64,000 bases of DNA from Eledone cirrhosa. Its lineage: Eukaryota. The notes beneath the pieces were generated by a model. It was not told the origin of the DNA, made no database searches, and saw nothing but the letters and a program-made list of their open reading frames with translations. Each line of letters starts with the position of its first letter. Within the stretch, counting starts at the first letter, position 1. Made by a program: the position numbers and the translations under genes. Positions 55,200 through 64,000 of the stretch are shown here, one piece after another. Location of the stretch: assembly GCA_964016885.1 (NCBI GenBank), contig OZ024740.1, forward strand, positions 441,006,001 to 441,070,000, in the 5' to 3' direction.

Positions 55200-58100
55200 T
55201 AGTAGTGTTTGTTCTACAATAATAGTGTTGGTTCTAACATAGCAGTGTTGGTTCTAACATAGTAGTGTTGGTTCTAACATAGTAGTGTTGGTTCTAACAT
55301 AGTAGTGTTGGTTCTCACATAGTAGTATTGGTTCTAACATAGTAGTGTTGGTTCTCACATAGTAGTGTTGGTTCTCACATAGTAGGGTTGGTTCTAATAT
55401 AGTAGGGTTGGTTCTAACATAGTAGTGTTGGTTCTCACATAGTAGGGTTGGTTCTAACATAGTAGGGTTGGTTCTAACATAGTAGTGTTGGTTTCTCACA
55501 TAGCAGTGTTGGTTTTAATATAGTAGGGTTGGTTCTAACATAGTAGGGTTGGTTCTAACATAGTAGTGTTGGTTCTCACATAGTAGTGTTGGTTCTAATA
55601 TAGTAGTGTTGGTTCTCACATAGTAGTGTAGGTTCTCACATAGTAGTGTTGGTTCTAACATAGTAGTGTTGGTTCTCACATAGTATTATTGGTTCTAACA
55701 TCGTAGTGCTGGTTCTCACATAGTAGGGTTGGTTCTAACATAGTAGGGTTGGTTCTAACATAGTAGTGTTGGTTCTCACATAGTAGTGTTGGTTCTAATA
55801 TAGTAGGGTTGGTTCTAACATAGTAGTGTTGGTTCTCACATAGTAGTGTTGGTTCTAATATAGTAGGGTTGGTTCTCACATAGTAGGGTTGTTTCTAACA
55901 TAGTAGTGTTGGTTCTCACATAGTAGTTTTGGTTCTCACATAGTACGGTTGTTCTAACATAGTAGGGTTGGTTCTAACATAGTAGTGTTGGTTCTAATAT
56001 AGTAGTGTTGGTTCTAACATAGTAGTGTTGGTTCTAACATAGTAATGTTGGTTCTAACATAGTAGTGTTGGTTCTAACATAGTAGTTGGTTCTAACATAG
56101 TAGTGTTGGTTCTAACATAGTAGTGTTGGTTCTCACATAGTAGGGTTGGTTCTAACATAGTAGTGTTGGTTCTAACATAGTAGTGTTGGTTCTAACCTAG
56201 TAGTGTTGGTTCTAACATAGTAGTGTTGGTTCTCACATAGTAGTGTTGGTTCTAACATAGTAGTGTTGGTTCTCACATAGTAGTGTTGGTTCTAACATAG
56301 TAGTGTTGGTTCTAACATAGTAGTGTTGGTTCTCACATAGTAGTGTTGGTTCTCACATAGTAGTGTTGGTTCTCACATAGTAGTGTTGGTTCTCACATAG
56401 TAATGTTGGTTCTAACATAGTAGTGTTGGTTCTAACATAGTAGTGTTGGTTCTCACATAGTAGTGTTGGTTCTAACATAGTAGTGTTGGTTCTCACATAG
56501 TAGTGTTGGTTCTCACATAGTAGTGTTGGTTCTCACATACTAGTGTTGGTTCTCACATAGTAATGTTGGTTCTCACATAGTAGTGTTGGTTCTAACATAG
56601 TAGTGTTGGTTCTAACATTGTAGTGTTGGTTCTCACATAGTAGTGTTGGTTCTAACGTAGTATAGTTGGTTCTAACATAGTAGTGTTGGTTCTCACATAG
56701 TAGTGTTGGTTCTAACATAGTAGTGTTGGTTCTAACATAGTAGTGTTGGTTCTAACATAGTAGTGTTGATTCTAACGTAGTAGTGTTGGTTCTAACATAG
56801 TAGTGTTGGTTCTAACATAGTAGTGTTGGTTCTAACATAGTAGTGTTGTTTCTAACATAGTGGTGTTGGTTCTAACGTAGTAGTGTTGGTTCTAACATAG
56901 TAGTGTTGGTTCTAACTTAGTAGTGTTGGTTCTAACATAGTAGTGTTGGTTCTCACATAGTAGTGTTGGTTCTAACGTAGTAGTGTTGGTTCTAACATAG
57001 TAGTGTTGGTTCTCACATAATAGTGTTGGTTCTAACATAGTAGTGTTGGTTCTAACATAGTAGTGTTGGTTCTCACATAGTAGTGTTGGTTCTAACGTAG
57101 TAGTGTTGGTTCTAACATAGTAGTGTTGGTTCTCACATAGTAGTGTTGGTTCTAACATAGTATTGTTGGTTCTAACATAGTAGTGTTGGTTTTAACATAG
57201 TAGTGTTGGTTCTAACATAGTAGTGTTGGTTCTAACATAGTATTGTTGGTTGTAACATAGTAGTGTTGGTTTTCACATTGTAGTGTTGGTTCTAACATAG
57301 TAGTGTTGGTTCTAACATAGTAGTGTTGGTTATAACATAGTAGTGTTGGTTCTAACATAGTAGTGTTGGTTTTTACATTGTAGTGTTGTTTCTAACATAG
57401 TAGGGTTGGTTCTAACATAGTAGTGTTGGTTCTCACATAGTAGTGTTGATTCTAACATAGTAGTGTTGGTTCTCACATAGTAGTGTTTGTTCTACAATAA
57501 TAGTGTTGGTTCTAACATAGTAGTGTTGGTTCTAACATAGTAGTGTTGGTTCTAACATAGTAGTGTTGATTCTAACATAGTAGTGTTGGTTCTAACATAG
57601 TAGTGTTGGTTCTAACATAGTTGTGTTGGTTCTAACATAGTAGTGTTGGTTCTAACATAGTAGTGTTGGTTCTAACCTAGTAGTGTTTATGCAAACATAG
57701 TAGTGTTTGTTCTAACATAGTAGTGTTGGTTCTAACATAGTAGTGTTGGTTCTAACATAGTAGTGTTGGTTCTAACATAGTAGTGTTGGTTCTAACACAG
57801 TAAGGTTTGTTCTAACATAGTAAGATTGGTTCTAACATAGTATTGTTTGTTCTAACATAGTAGCGTTTGTTCTATCATTGTAAAGTTGGTTCCACCATAG
57901 TAAGGTCGGTTCTCACATAGTAGTGTTGGTCCTAACATAGTAAGGTGGGTTCTAACATAGTAAGCTGGGTTCTAACATAGTAGTGTTGGTTCTAACATAG
58001 TAGTGTTGATTCTAACATAGTAAGGTTGGTTCCAACATAGTAGTGTTGATTCTAACATAGTAGTGTTGGTTCTAACATAGTAGTGTTGGTTCTAACATAT

Positions 58101-61046
58101 TAGTGTTGGTTCTAACATAGTAGTGTTTATTCTAACATAGTAGTGTTGGTTCTAACATAGTAGTGTTGGTTCTCACATAGTAGTGTTTGTTCTACAATAA
58201 TAGTGTTGGTTCTAACATAGCAGTGTTGGTTCTAACATAGTAGTGTTGGTTCTAACATAGTAGTGTTGGTTCTAACATAGTAGTGTTGGTTCTCACATAG
58301 TAGTATTGGTTCTAACATAGTAGTGTTGGTTCTCACATAGTAGTGTTGGTTCTCACATAGTAGGGTTGGTTCTAATATAGTAGGGTTGGTTCTAACATAG
58401 TAGTGTTGGTTCTCACATAGTAGGGTTGGTTCTAACATAGTAGGGTTGGTTCTAACATAGTAGTGTTGGTTTCTCACATAGTAGTGTTGGTTTTAATATA
58501 GTAGGGTTGGTTCTAACATAGTAGGGTTGGTTCTAACATAGTAGTGTTGGTTCTCACATAGTAGTGTTGGTTCTAATATAGTAGTGTTGGTTCTCACATA
58601 GTAGTGTAGGTTCTCACATAGTAGTGTTGGTTCTAACATAGTAGTGTTGGTTCTCACATAGTATTATTGGTTCTAACATCGTAGTGCTGGTTCTCACATA
58701 GTAGTGTTGGTTCTCACATAGTAGGGTTGGTTCTAACATAGTAGGGTTGGTTCTAACATAGTAGTGTTGGTTCTCACATAGTAGTGTTGGTTCTAATATA
58801 GTAGGGTTGGTTCTAACATAGTAGTGTTGGTTCTCACATAGTAGTGTTGGTTCTAATATAGTAGGGTTGGTTCTCACATAGTAGGGTTGTTTCTAACATA
58901 GTAGTGTTGGTTCTCACATAGTAGTTTTGGTTCTCACATAGTACGGTTGTTCTAACATAGTAGGGTTGGTTCTAACATAGTAGTGTTGGTTCTAATATAG
59001 TAGTGTTGGTTCTAACATAGTAGTGTTGGTTCTAACATAGTAATGTTGGTTCTAACATAGTAGTGTTGGTTCTAACATAGTAGTTGGTTCTAACATAGTA
59101 GTGTTGGTTCTAACATAGTAGTGTTGGTTCTCACATAGTAGGGTTGGTTCTAACATAGTAGTGTTGGTTCTAACATAGTAGTGTTGGTTCTAACCTAGTA
59201 GTGTTGGTTCTAACATAGTAGTGTTGGTTCTCACATAGTAGTGTTGGTTCTAACATAGTAGTGTTGGTTCTCACATAGTAGTGTTGGTTCTAACATAGTA
59301 GTGTTGGTTCTAACATAGTAGTGTTGGTTCTCACATAGTAGTGTTGGTTCTCACATAGTAGTGTTGGTTCTCACATAGTAGTGTTGGTTCTCACATAGTA
59401 ATGTTGGTTCTAACATAGTAGTGTTGGTTCTAACATAGTAGTGTTGGTTCTCACATAGTAGTGTTGGTTCTAACATAGTAGTGTTGGTTCTCACATAGTA
59501 GTGTTGGTTCTCACATAGTAGTGTTGGTTCTCACATACTAGTGTTGGTTCTCACATAGTAATGTTGGTTCTCACATAGTAGTGTTGGTTCTAACATAGTA
59601 GTGTTGGTTCTAACATTGTAGTGTTGGTTCTCACATAGTAGTGTTGGTTCTAACGTAGTATAGTTGGTTCTAACATAGTAGTGTTGGTTCTCACATAGTA
59701 GTGTTGGTTCTAACATAGTAGTGTTGGTTCTAACATAGTAGTGTTGGTTCTAACATAGTAGTGTTGATTCTAACGTAGTAGTGTTGGTTCTAACATAGTA
59801 GTGTTGGTTCTAACATAGTAGTGTTGGTTCTAACATAGTAGTGTTGTTTCTAACATAGTGGTGTTGGTTCTAACGTAGTAGTGTTGGTTCTAACATAGTA
59901 GTGTTGGTTCTAACTTAGTAGTGTTGGTTCTAACATAGTAGTGTTGGTTCTCACATAGTAGTGTTGGTTCTAACGTAGTAGTGTTGGTTCTAACATAGTA
60001 GTGTTGGTTCTCACATAATAGTGTTGGTTCTAACATAGTAGTGTTGGTTCTAACATAGTAGTGTTGGTTCTCACATAGTAGTGTTGGTTCTAACGTAGTA
60101 GTGTTGGTTCTAACATAGTAGTGTTGGTTCTCACATAGTAGTGTTGGTTCTAACATAGTATTGTTGGTTCTAACATAGTAGTGTTGGTTTTAACATAGTA
60201 GTGTTGGTTCTAACATAGTAGTGTTGGTTCTAACATAGTATTGTTGGTTGTAACATAGTAGTGTTGGTTTTCACATTGTAGTGTTGGTTCTAACATAGTA
60301 GTGTTGGTTCTAACATAGTAGTGTTGGTTATAACATAGTAGTGTTGGTTCTAACATAGTAGTGTTGATTTTTACATTGTAGTGTTGTTTCTAACATAGTA
60401 GGGTTGGTTCTAACATAGTAGTGTTGGTTCTCACATAGTAGTGTTGATTCTAACATAGTAGTGTTGGTTCTCACATAGTAGTGTTTGTTCTACAATAATA
60501 GTGTTGGTTCTAACATAGTAGTGTTGGTTCTAACATAGTAGTGTTGGTTCTAACATAGTAGTGTTGATTCTAACATAGTAGTGTTGGTTCTAACATAGTA
60601 GTGTTGGTTCTAACATAGTTGTGTTGGTTCTAACATAGTAGTGTTGGTTCTAACATAGTAGTGTTGGTTCTAACCTAGTAGTGTTTATGCAAACATAGTA
60701 GTGTTTGTTCTAACATAGTAGTGTTGGTTCTAACATAGTAGTGTTGGTTCTAACATAGTAGTGTTGGTTCTAACATAGTAGTGTTGGTTCTAACACAGTA
60801 AGGTTTGTTCTAACATAGTAAGATTGGTTCTAACATAGTATTGTTTGTTCTAACATAGTAGCGTTTGTTCTATCATTGTAAAGTTGGTTCCACCATAGTA
60901 AGGTCGGTTCTCACATAGTAGTGTTGGTCCTAACATAGTAAGGTGGGTTCTAACATAGTAAGCTGGGTTCTAACATAGTAGTGTTGGTTCTAACATAGTA
61001 GTGTTGATTCTAACATAGTAAGGTTGGTTCCAACATAGTAGTGTTG
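55200..61046 (+). repeat. Terminal ~3.0-kb tandem duplication within the satellite
   Basis: Offsets are 2,978 (55254/58232) and 2,998 (56533/59531, 56892/59890). Both copies share a 1-bp T insertion (~55492 and ~58471) and a run of degenerate monomers (57794-58048 vs 60792-61046). Confidence 0.92.
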
Positions 61047-61267
61047 GTCCTAACATAGTAAGGTGGGTTCTAACATAGTAAGGTGGGTTCTAACATAGTA
61101 AGGTGGGTTCTAACATAGTAGCGTTGGTTCTAGCATAGTAGGGTGTGTTCTAACGTAGTAGTGTTGGTTCTCACATAGTAGGGTTGGTATGACATGTGTA
61201 GTGAGGAAGACATTGATTAATTTTAGTCAGAGAAGATGTGGGAAGAAAGCCTGAAACTTGAATTCCT

Positions 61268-61443
61268 CATATTGGCATGTTGGATTTATGGTCCGCCATC
61301 TTGTTATTTTGACTATATGGTCTGCCATCTTGGTATGTTGGTTGTATGGTCCGCCATCTTGTTATGTTGGTTATATGGTCCCCATCTTGGTATGTTGTTT
61401 GTATGGTCCGCCATCTTGTTATGCTGGTTGTATGGTCCGCCAT
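61268..61443 (+). repeat. Minisatellite: 6 copies of a 29-bp unit CATCTTG(G/T)TATGTTGGTTGTATGGTCCGC
   Basis: Units start at ~61268, 61297, 61326, 61355, 61383 and 61412; the fourth is 28 bp. Position 8 alternates G,T,G,T,G,T, which implies a 58-bp dimer. Confidence 0.93.
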
Positions 61444-61549
61444 AAGCTCTGCATCCGAGCCTGTCGACCATTGTTCATGTTCTGCACTCTGTATCCTCAC
61501 ATAGCTGTTTAATTTTCTGTAATGTCTGACCATAATGAGATGTCTATTG

Positions 61550-62010
61550 TTGTCCACAGCAGCACACCGCTGATAATTTCCTTATTTCCTTTCCAATTGT
61601 GATCCTCCGATAATATAAAATATCGGTAGTACATGGCTGTAGAGTTCCTTCTTTTGTAGAGTGTCGTTTCCACAATTTTTAAAGAAGCTCTGAGCATTCT
61701 GGTGTACATGCTATCTAATTTCTTGTCGAGTTGCTTAGTGAGTGTCCACATAGTACTGCTGTACAGCAGGACTGACTCCACTGTCGCTTGGAAGAATTCA
61801 CATTTTGTTTCTGTGTGGAGCTTGGATTTCCAAATTGTTGTCAGCTTCTGCAAGGCAACCCAACCTTTAATGATGTATGTCTTGGCGATACCTTACTTCC
61901 AAGAGAGGGAAAATGGTCAACTTCCTTCAGAGGTTTACTGACCATCCTTGTTGAGAAATGTATTCATTCTTGTCCGCATTTACATTGAGTTCAATGGCTC
62001 TAGCTTCTAT
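61550..62010 (-). mobile_element. Degenerate non-LTR retrotransposon fragment (RTE-like LINE; end of reverse transcriptase plus C-terminal region), frameshifted
   Basis: Minus-strand translation across frameshifts gives IEARAIELNVNADKNEYI (from 62010), KPLKEVDHFPSLGS (decayed F.YLGS motif), GWVALQKLTTIWKSKLHTETKCEFFQATVESVLLYSSTMWTLTKQLDKKLDSMYTRMLRASL, WKRHSTKE, ELY and KEIISGVLLWT. These follow the order I recognise for RTE-group ORF2 motifs (GL.IN..KT, YLGS, L..IW, VESVLLYG.E.W.LT, Y.RMLR, SW..H.T.EELY). The clade assignment is from memory, not from a search. Confidence 0.85.
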
Positions 62011-62370
62011 CCCCAAACTTCACTGCAGGGATTCTAATTAAAAATATAAGGTAGCTAATGATATTCTGGTAGTTCTATGTCTCTGAATAATAATCCCACA
62101 TGCCAAGAATTGCCCTGTGTCACCAAGTCCACCATAAACAATGTTTTCATATTAATTCCTGTACCAAGACTTTAACATGACTCCTTTGTATAGATTCGGT
62201 AGTAATAGTTTTGACATCTCCCCATAAAGAACGTGTAGGTTTCCCCTACTGAAAAATAACATTGTTTACATTCAATATGGGAACTCCTCAGGCTGTTTCC
62301 TGTTGAAATCCAAGATTCTCTATTGAGATGGTTCATATTGTTCTACAAATATTTCACACTAGCATTATGT

Positions 62371-62552
62371 AGTTGGCAGTAATGGTAGAGGGTCGGACGC
62401 CATGCTTTGTCGCATAGAGTTACGGCCCTTGCCATTCTGAGTTCAAATCCTGCCGTGGTTAACTTTGTCTTTCATCCTTACGGGGTCGATAAAATAAAGT
62501 ACCAGTAATACACTGCGTAATTGCTGGCCTTGTGCCAAAAGTAGAAACAATT
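62371..62552 (+). mobile_element. tRNA-derived SINE, diverged and probably internally deleted; resembles Octopus SINE families
   Basis: There is an A-box-like TGGCAGTAATGG (62374-62385) and a B-box GTTCAAATCC (62441-62450). The body GTTAACTTTGTCTTTCATCCTTACGGGGTCGATAAAATAAAGTACCAGT and tail GCTGGCCTTGTGCCAAAAGTAGAAAC match my recollection of the abundant octopus SINE (GTCGACTTTGCCTTTCATCCTTTCGGGGTCGATAAATTAAGTACCAGT). Confidence 0.8.
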
Positions 62553-62813
62553 CTGTAGTTCTCGTCTCTGATTATCAGAGCAAGAATTCTCCTCTTAAAA
62601 ATGTCAGATTCTATCAATATCAGTAGGAAGATCGTGTTACTTGGTAGAGAAAAACTTAAGGACACATTTAAAAGTTTTATGCAGTCTATATCTTGAAAAC
62701 TTATTTAGATTATAGAATAGATGACACATGATAATATCTATCGCTAGATGTAGCTATTCTGTCAACGGAAACAGCAACCCATATTAATATTTGGTATGAA
62801 ATGTTTGAAAGAA

Positions 62814-62960
62814 GGCTGCACAGTCCCTAGAACCACCTCCCTACTCAACACTGACACGGAGTTGACTACCTGCAAGAGCCTCGCGAGATGGAATGGCTCT
62901 TCCAACGCGTTTCCATCACCGTCCTCCAGGGAAACACCTTCTCTATTCTCTTCACCGGGG
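62814..62960 (+). mobile_element. 3'-terminal fragment of an RLE-type (CRE-like) non-LTR retrotransposon ORF
   Basis: Bases 62876-62950 translate as EPREMEWLFQRVSITVLQGNTFSIL, resembling the C-terminal R....L.QR.S.A.QRGNA..IL signature of CRE-clade elements. It is preceded in another frame by GCTVPRTTSLLN (similar to G..GP....L). The segment is locally GC-rich against an AT-rich flank. Confidence 0.65.
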
Positions 62961-63426
62961 CCACGGGGAAGCCAGCGAGTGGGCTCCTGTTTGCTTATAA
63001 CAGTGAGAAGTGGGGTGAGCGGGAGGGATGGAGACAGTAACTATACCAGCATTGCTCACGTATTTTGTAGAGTTAAAGGTAAAGTGATTTTACAATATGA
63101 AATGTAGGGATATTTTTAAGGGAGGGGGAGTATCAATAATACAGATCGGTGTAGTTACTTTCATAGTTGTTACTTTTCAGTTTCCCAAATGTGTTCGTTA
63201 TATCGACCTGGTGTAGTAAGTTCTTCACTATTCACTGACATCGAGAGAATATTTCATATTTTAATATGTGTATTTAATGTTTACTACAAGTAAACATAAC
63301 CACCCTAACCGGACATGTTTCCTCTCTGAGAAACATCCAATATGTTTATCATAATACACGATTATAAAATGTGTACTTAGTAATTATATAAAACACACAT
63401 AAAAATAGATAAAAAAACTCACAAAA

Positions 63427-63466
<40 letters not shown>
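63427..63466. repeat. Compound microsatellite (AC)10(AT)10
   Basis: Read directly from the sequence. Confidence 0.97.
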
Positions 63467-63789
63467 CTGATTAATTGGTGAAATATATTTATTTAATGGA
63501 ATATATACAGGGAAGATTAATCATATTATAAGGTATCTATCTTTGAAGTTCTAGTCAACTTTATTTAGTTACCTACCTAGCTTTGTGTGGTTACACACTT
63601 GTAAAAATTATCTCCTGTGATTATTCATGTTTATATATATGTTAATCAATTTCTAGTTATTATAAAATGCTCGGAACTACTCGTTAGAATCGTGGAGCTT
63701 ATTTTCTGGGTGGTATGGCGCATGCCGTTCTGGCATGACACCTATAATTTTGATTTAGATTAAATTCATTTAATTTATCTTAATTTTGG

Positions 63790-63790
<1 letters not shown>

Positions 63791-63822
<32 letters not shown>
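63791..63822. repeat. Compound microsatellite (TA)8(GA)8
   Basis: Read directly from the sequence. Confidence 0.97.
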
Positions 63823-63861
63823 AAAAGAGATGAAATCGAAAATGCAACTGGAGTCTTATTT

Positions 63862-63904
63862 TCTGTGGTTTTTCTCACATCTCAGATGTGAGAAAAACCA
63901 CAGA
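63862..63904. repeat. Perfect inverted repeat with 21-bp arms and a 1-nt spacer
   Basis: TCTGTGGTTTTTCTCACATCT-C-AGATGTGAGAAAAACCACAGA; the arms are exact reverse complements. Confidence 0.95.
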
Positions 63905-63969
63905 CCCTCCATCTCAACTCACCTTTTGAAAAGCGGAAGAACTGCGAAACCGGTAAAGGAACCAAATAA

Positions 63970-63988
63970 ATATATATATATTTTTTTT
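63970..63988. repeat. Short (AT)6 followed by a T run
   Basis: Read directly from the sequence. Confidence 0.8.
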
Positions 63989-64000
63989 AAATAAGACTCC

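Larger units (their letters stand above)
1..61190 (+). repeat. Satellite array of a 20-bp monomer, consensus (A/C)ACATAGTAGTGTTGGTTCT, ~3,060 copies in one orientation; open at the left window edge
   Basis: The 20-bp periodicity is directly visible from base 1 to ...CACATAGTAGGGTTGGT at ~61,188. There are no inversions or unique inserts. The consensus monomer has A5 C2 G5 T8 (35% GC, 65% G+T on the + strand). Copy number is length divided by 20. Confidence 0.99.

Noticed and set aside
460-60156. Dozens of minus-strand ORFs encoding MLEPTLLCENQHYYVRTNTT repeats as a protein family
   Set aside because: They are translations of the 20-bp repeat. None exceeds 121 aa, they open in all frames, and they end whenever the A/C pattern changes. 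The unit length is not a multiple of 3 and variants show no codon-position bias.
1-61190. CRISPR array
   Set aside because: The repeats are contiguous with no unique spacers, there are no cas genes, and the flank is eukaryotic (SINE, LINEs, microsatellites).
1-61190. Telomerase-made telomeric tract (G/T-rich strand; the GTACGGTTGTTCTAAC variant superficially recalls long yeast telomere repeats)
   Set aside because: The G/T-rich strand runs 5'->3' toward the unique flank, opposite to telomere polarity for an end on the left. Kb-scale copied variant patterns indicate recombination, not template synthesis. The flank looks metazoan.
61236-61557. Three overlapping ORFs (69, 84 and 96 aa)
   Set aside because: They are translations of the 29-bp minisatellite, with repeating YGPP/WSAIL motifs in shifting frames.
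61702-61988. Plus-strand ORFs of 79 and 66 aa
   Set aside because: They are antisense to the decayed RTE-like LINE and have no recognisable domain.
62374-62455. tRNA gene
   Set aside because: A/B boxes are present, but I could not build a cloverleaf and the sequence continues into a SINE body.
62459-62665. Minus-strand 68-aa ORF
   Set aside because: It overlaps the SINE in antisense and has no recognisable protein features.
62796-63107. 103-aa ORF as a gene
   Set aside because: It is mostly an off-frame reading of the CRE-like relic; the meaningful motif lies in another frame.
63721-63737. Small hairpin CATGCC-GTTCT-GGCATG as a Helitron 3' end or terminator
   Set aside because: The stem is only 6 bp, with no properly placed CTRR end or U-tract, so it is expected by chance.

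Overview
This window is eukaryotic, repeat-dominated DNA with no credible intact gene. Positions 1 to ~61,190 are one uninterrupted head-to-tail satellite of a 20-bp monomer (consensus AACATAGTAGTGTTGGTTCT, common variant CACATAG..., roughly 3,060 copies). The array runs off the left edge of the window. Recurrent variant monomers reveal nested duplications with offsets of 60/120 bp, 360, 600, ~2,000, ~3,000, ~3,700, 4,824, 5,534, 7,011 and 9,008 bp, arranged in three sub-domains, with a degenerate right edge that has itself been copied 3 kb inward. All minus-strand 'MLEPTLLCENQHYYVRT' ORFs are translations of the repeat. The last 2.8 kb contains a six-copy 29-bp minisatellite with YY1-type CCGCCATCTT motifs, a decayed RTE-like LINE (minus strand), a tRNA-derived SINE resembling from memory the abundant Octopus SINEs, the 3' tip of a CRE/RLE-type retrotransposon in a frame the ORF track misses, compound microsatellites and a 43-bp palindrome. 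I cannot support a novel protein-coding system. The points of interest are satellite architecture and possible motif content. All counts and alignments were done by eye.
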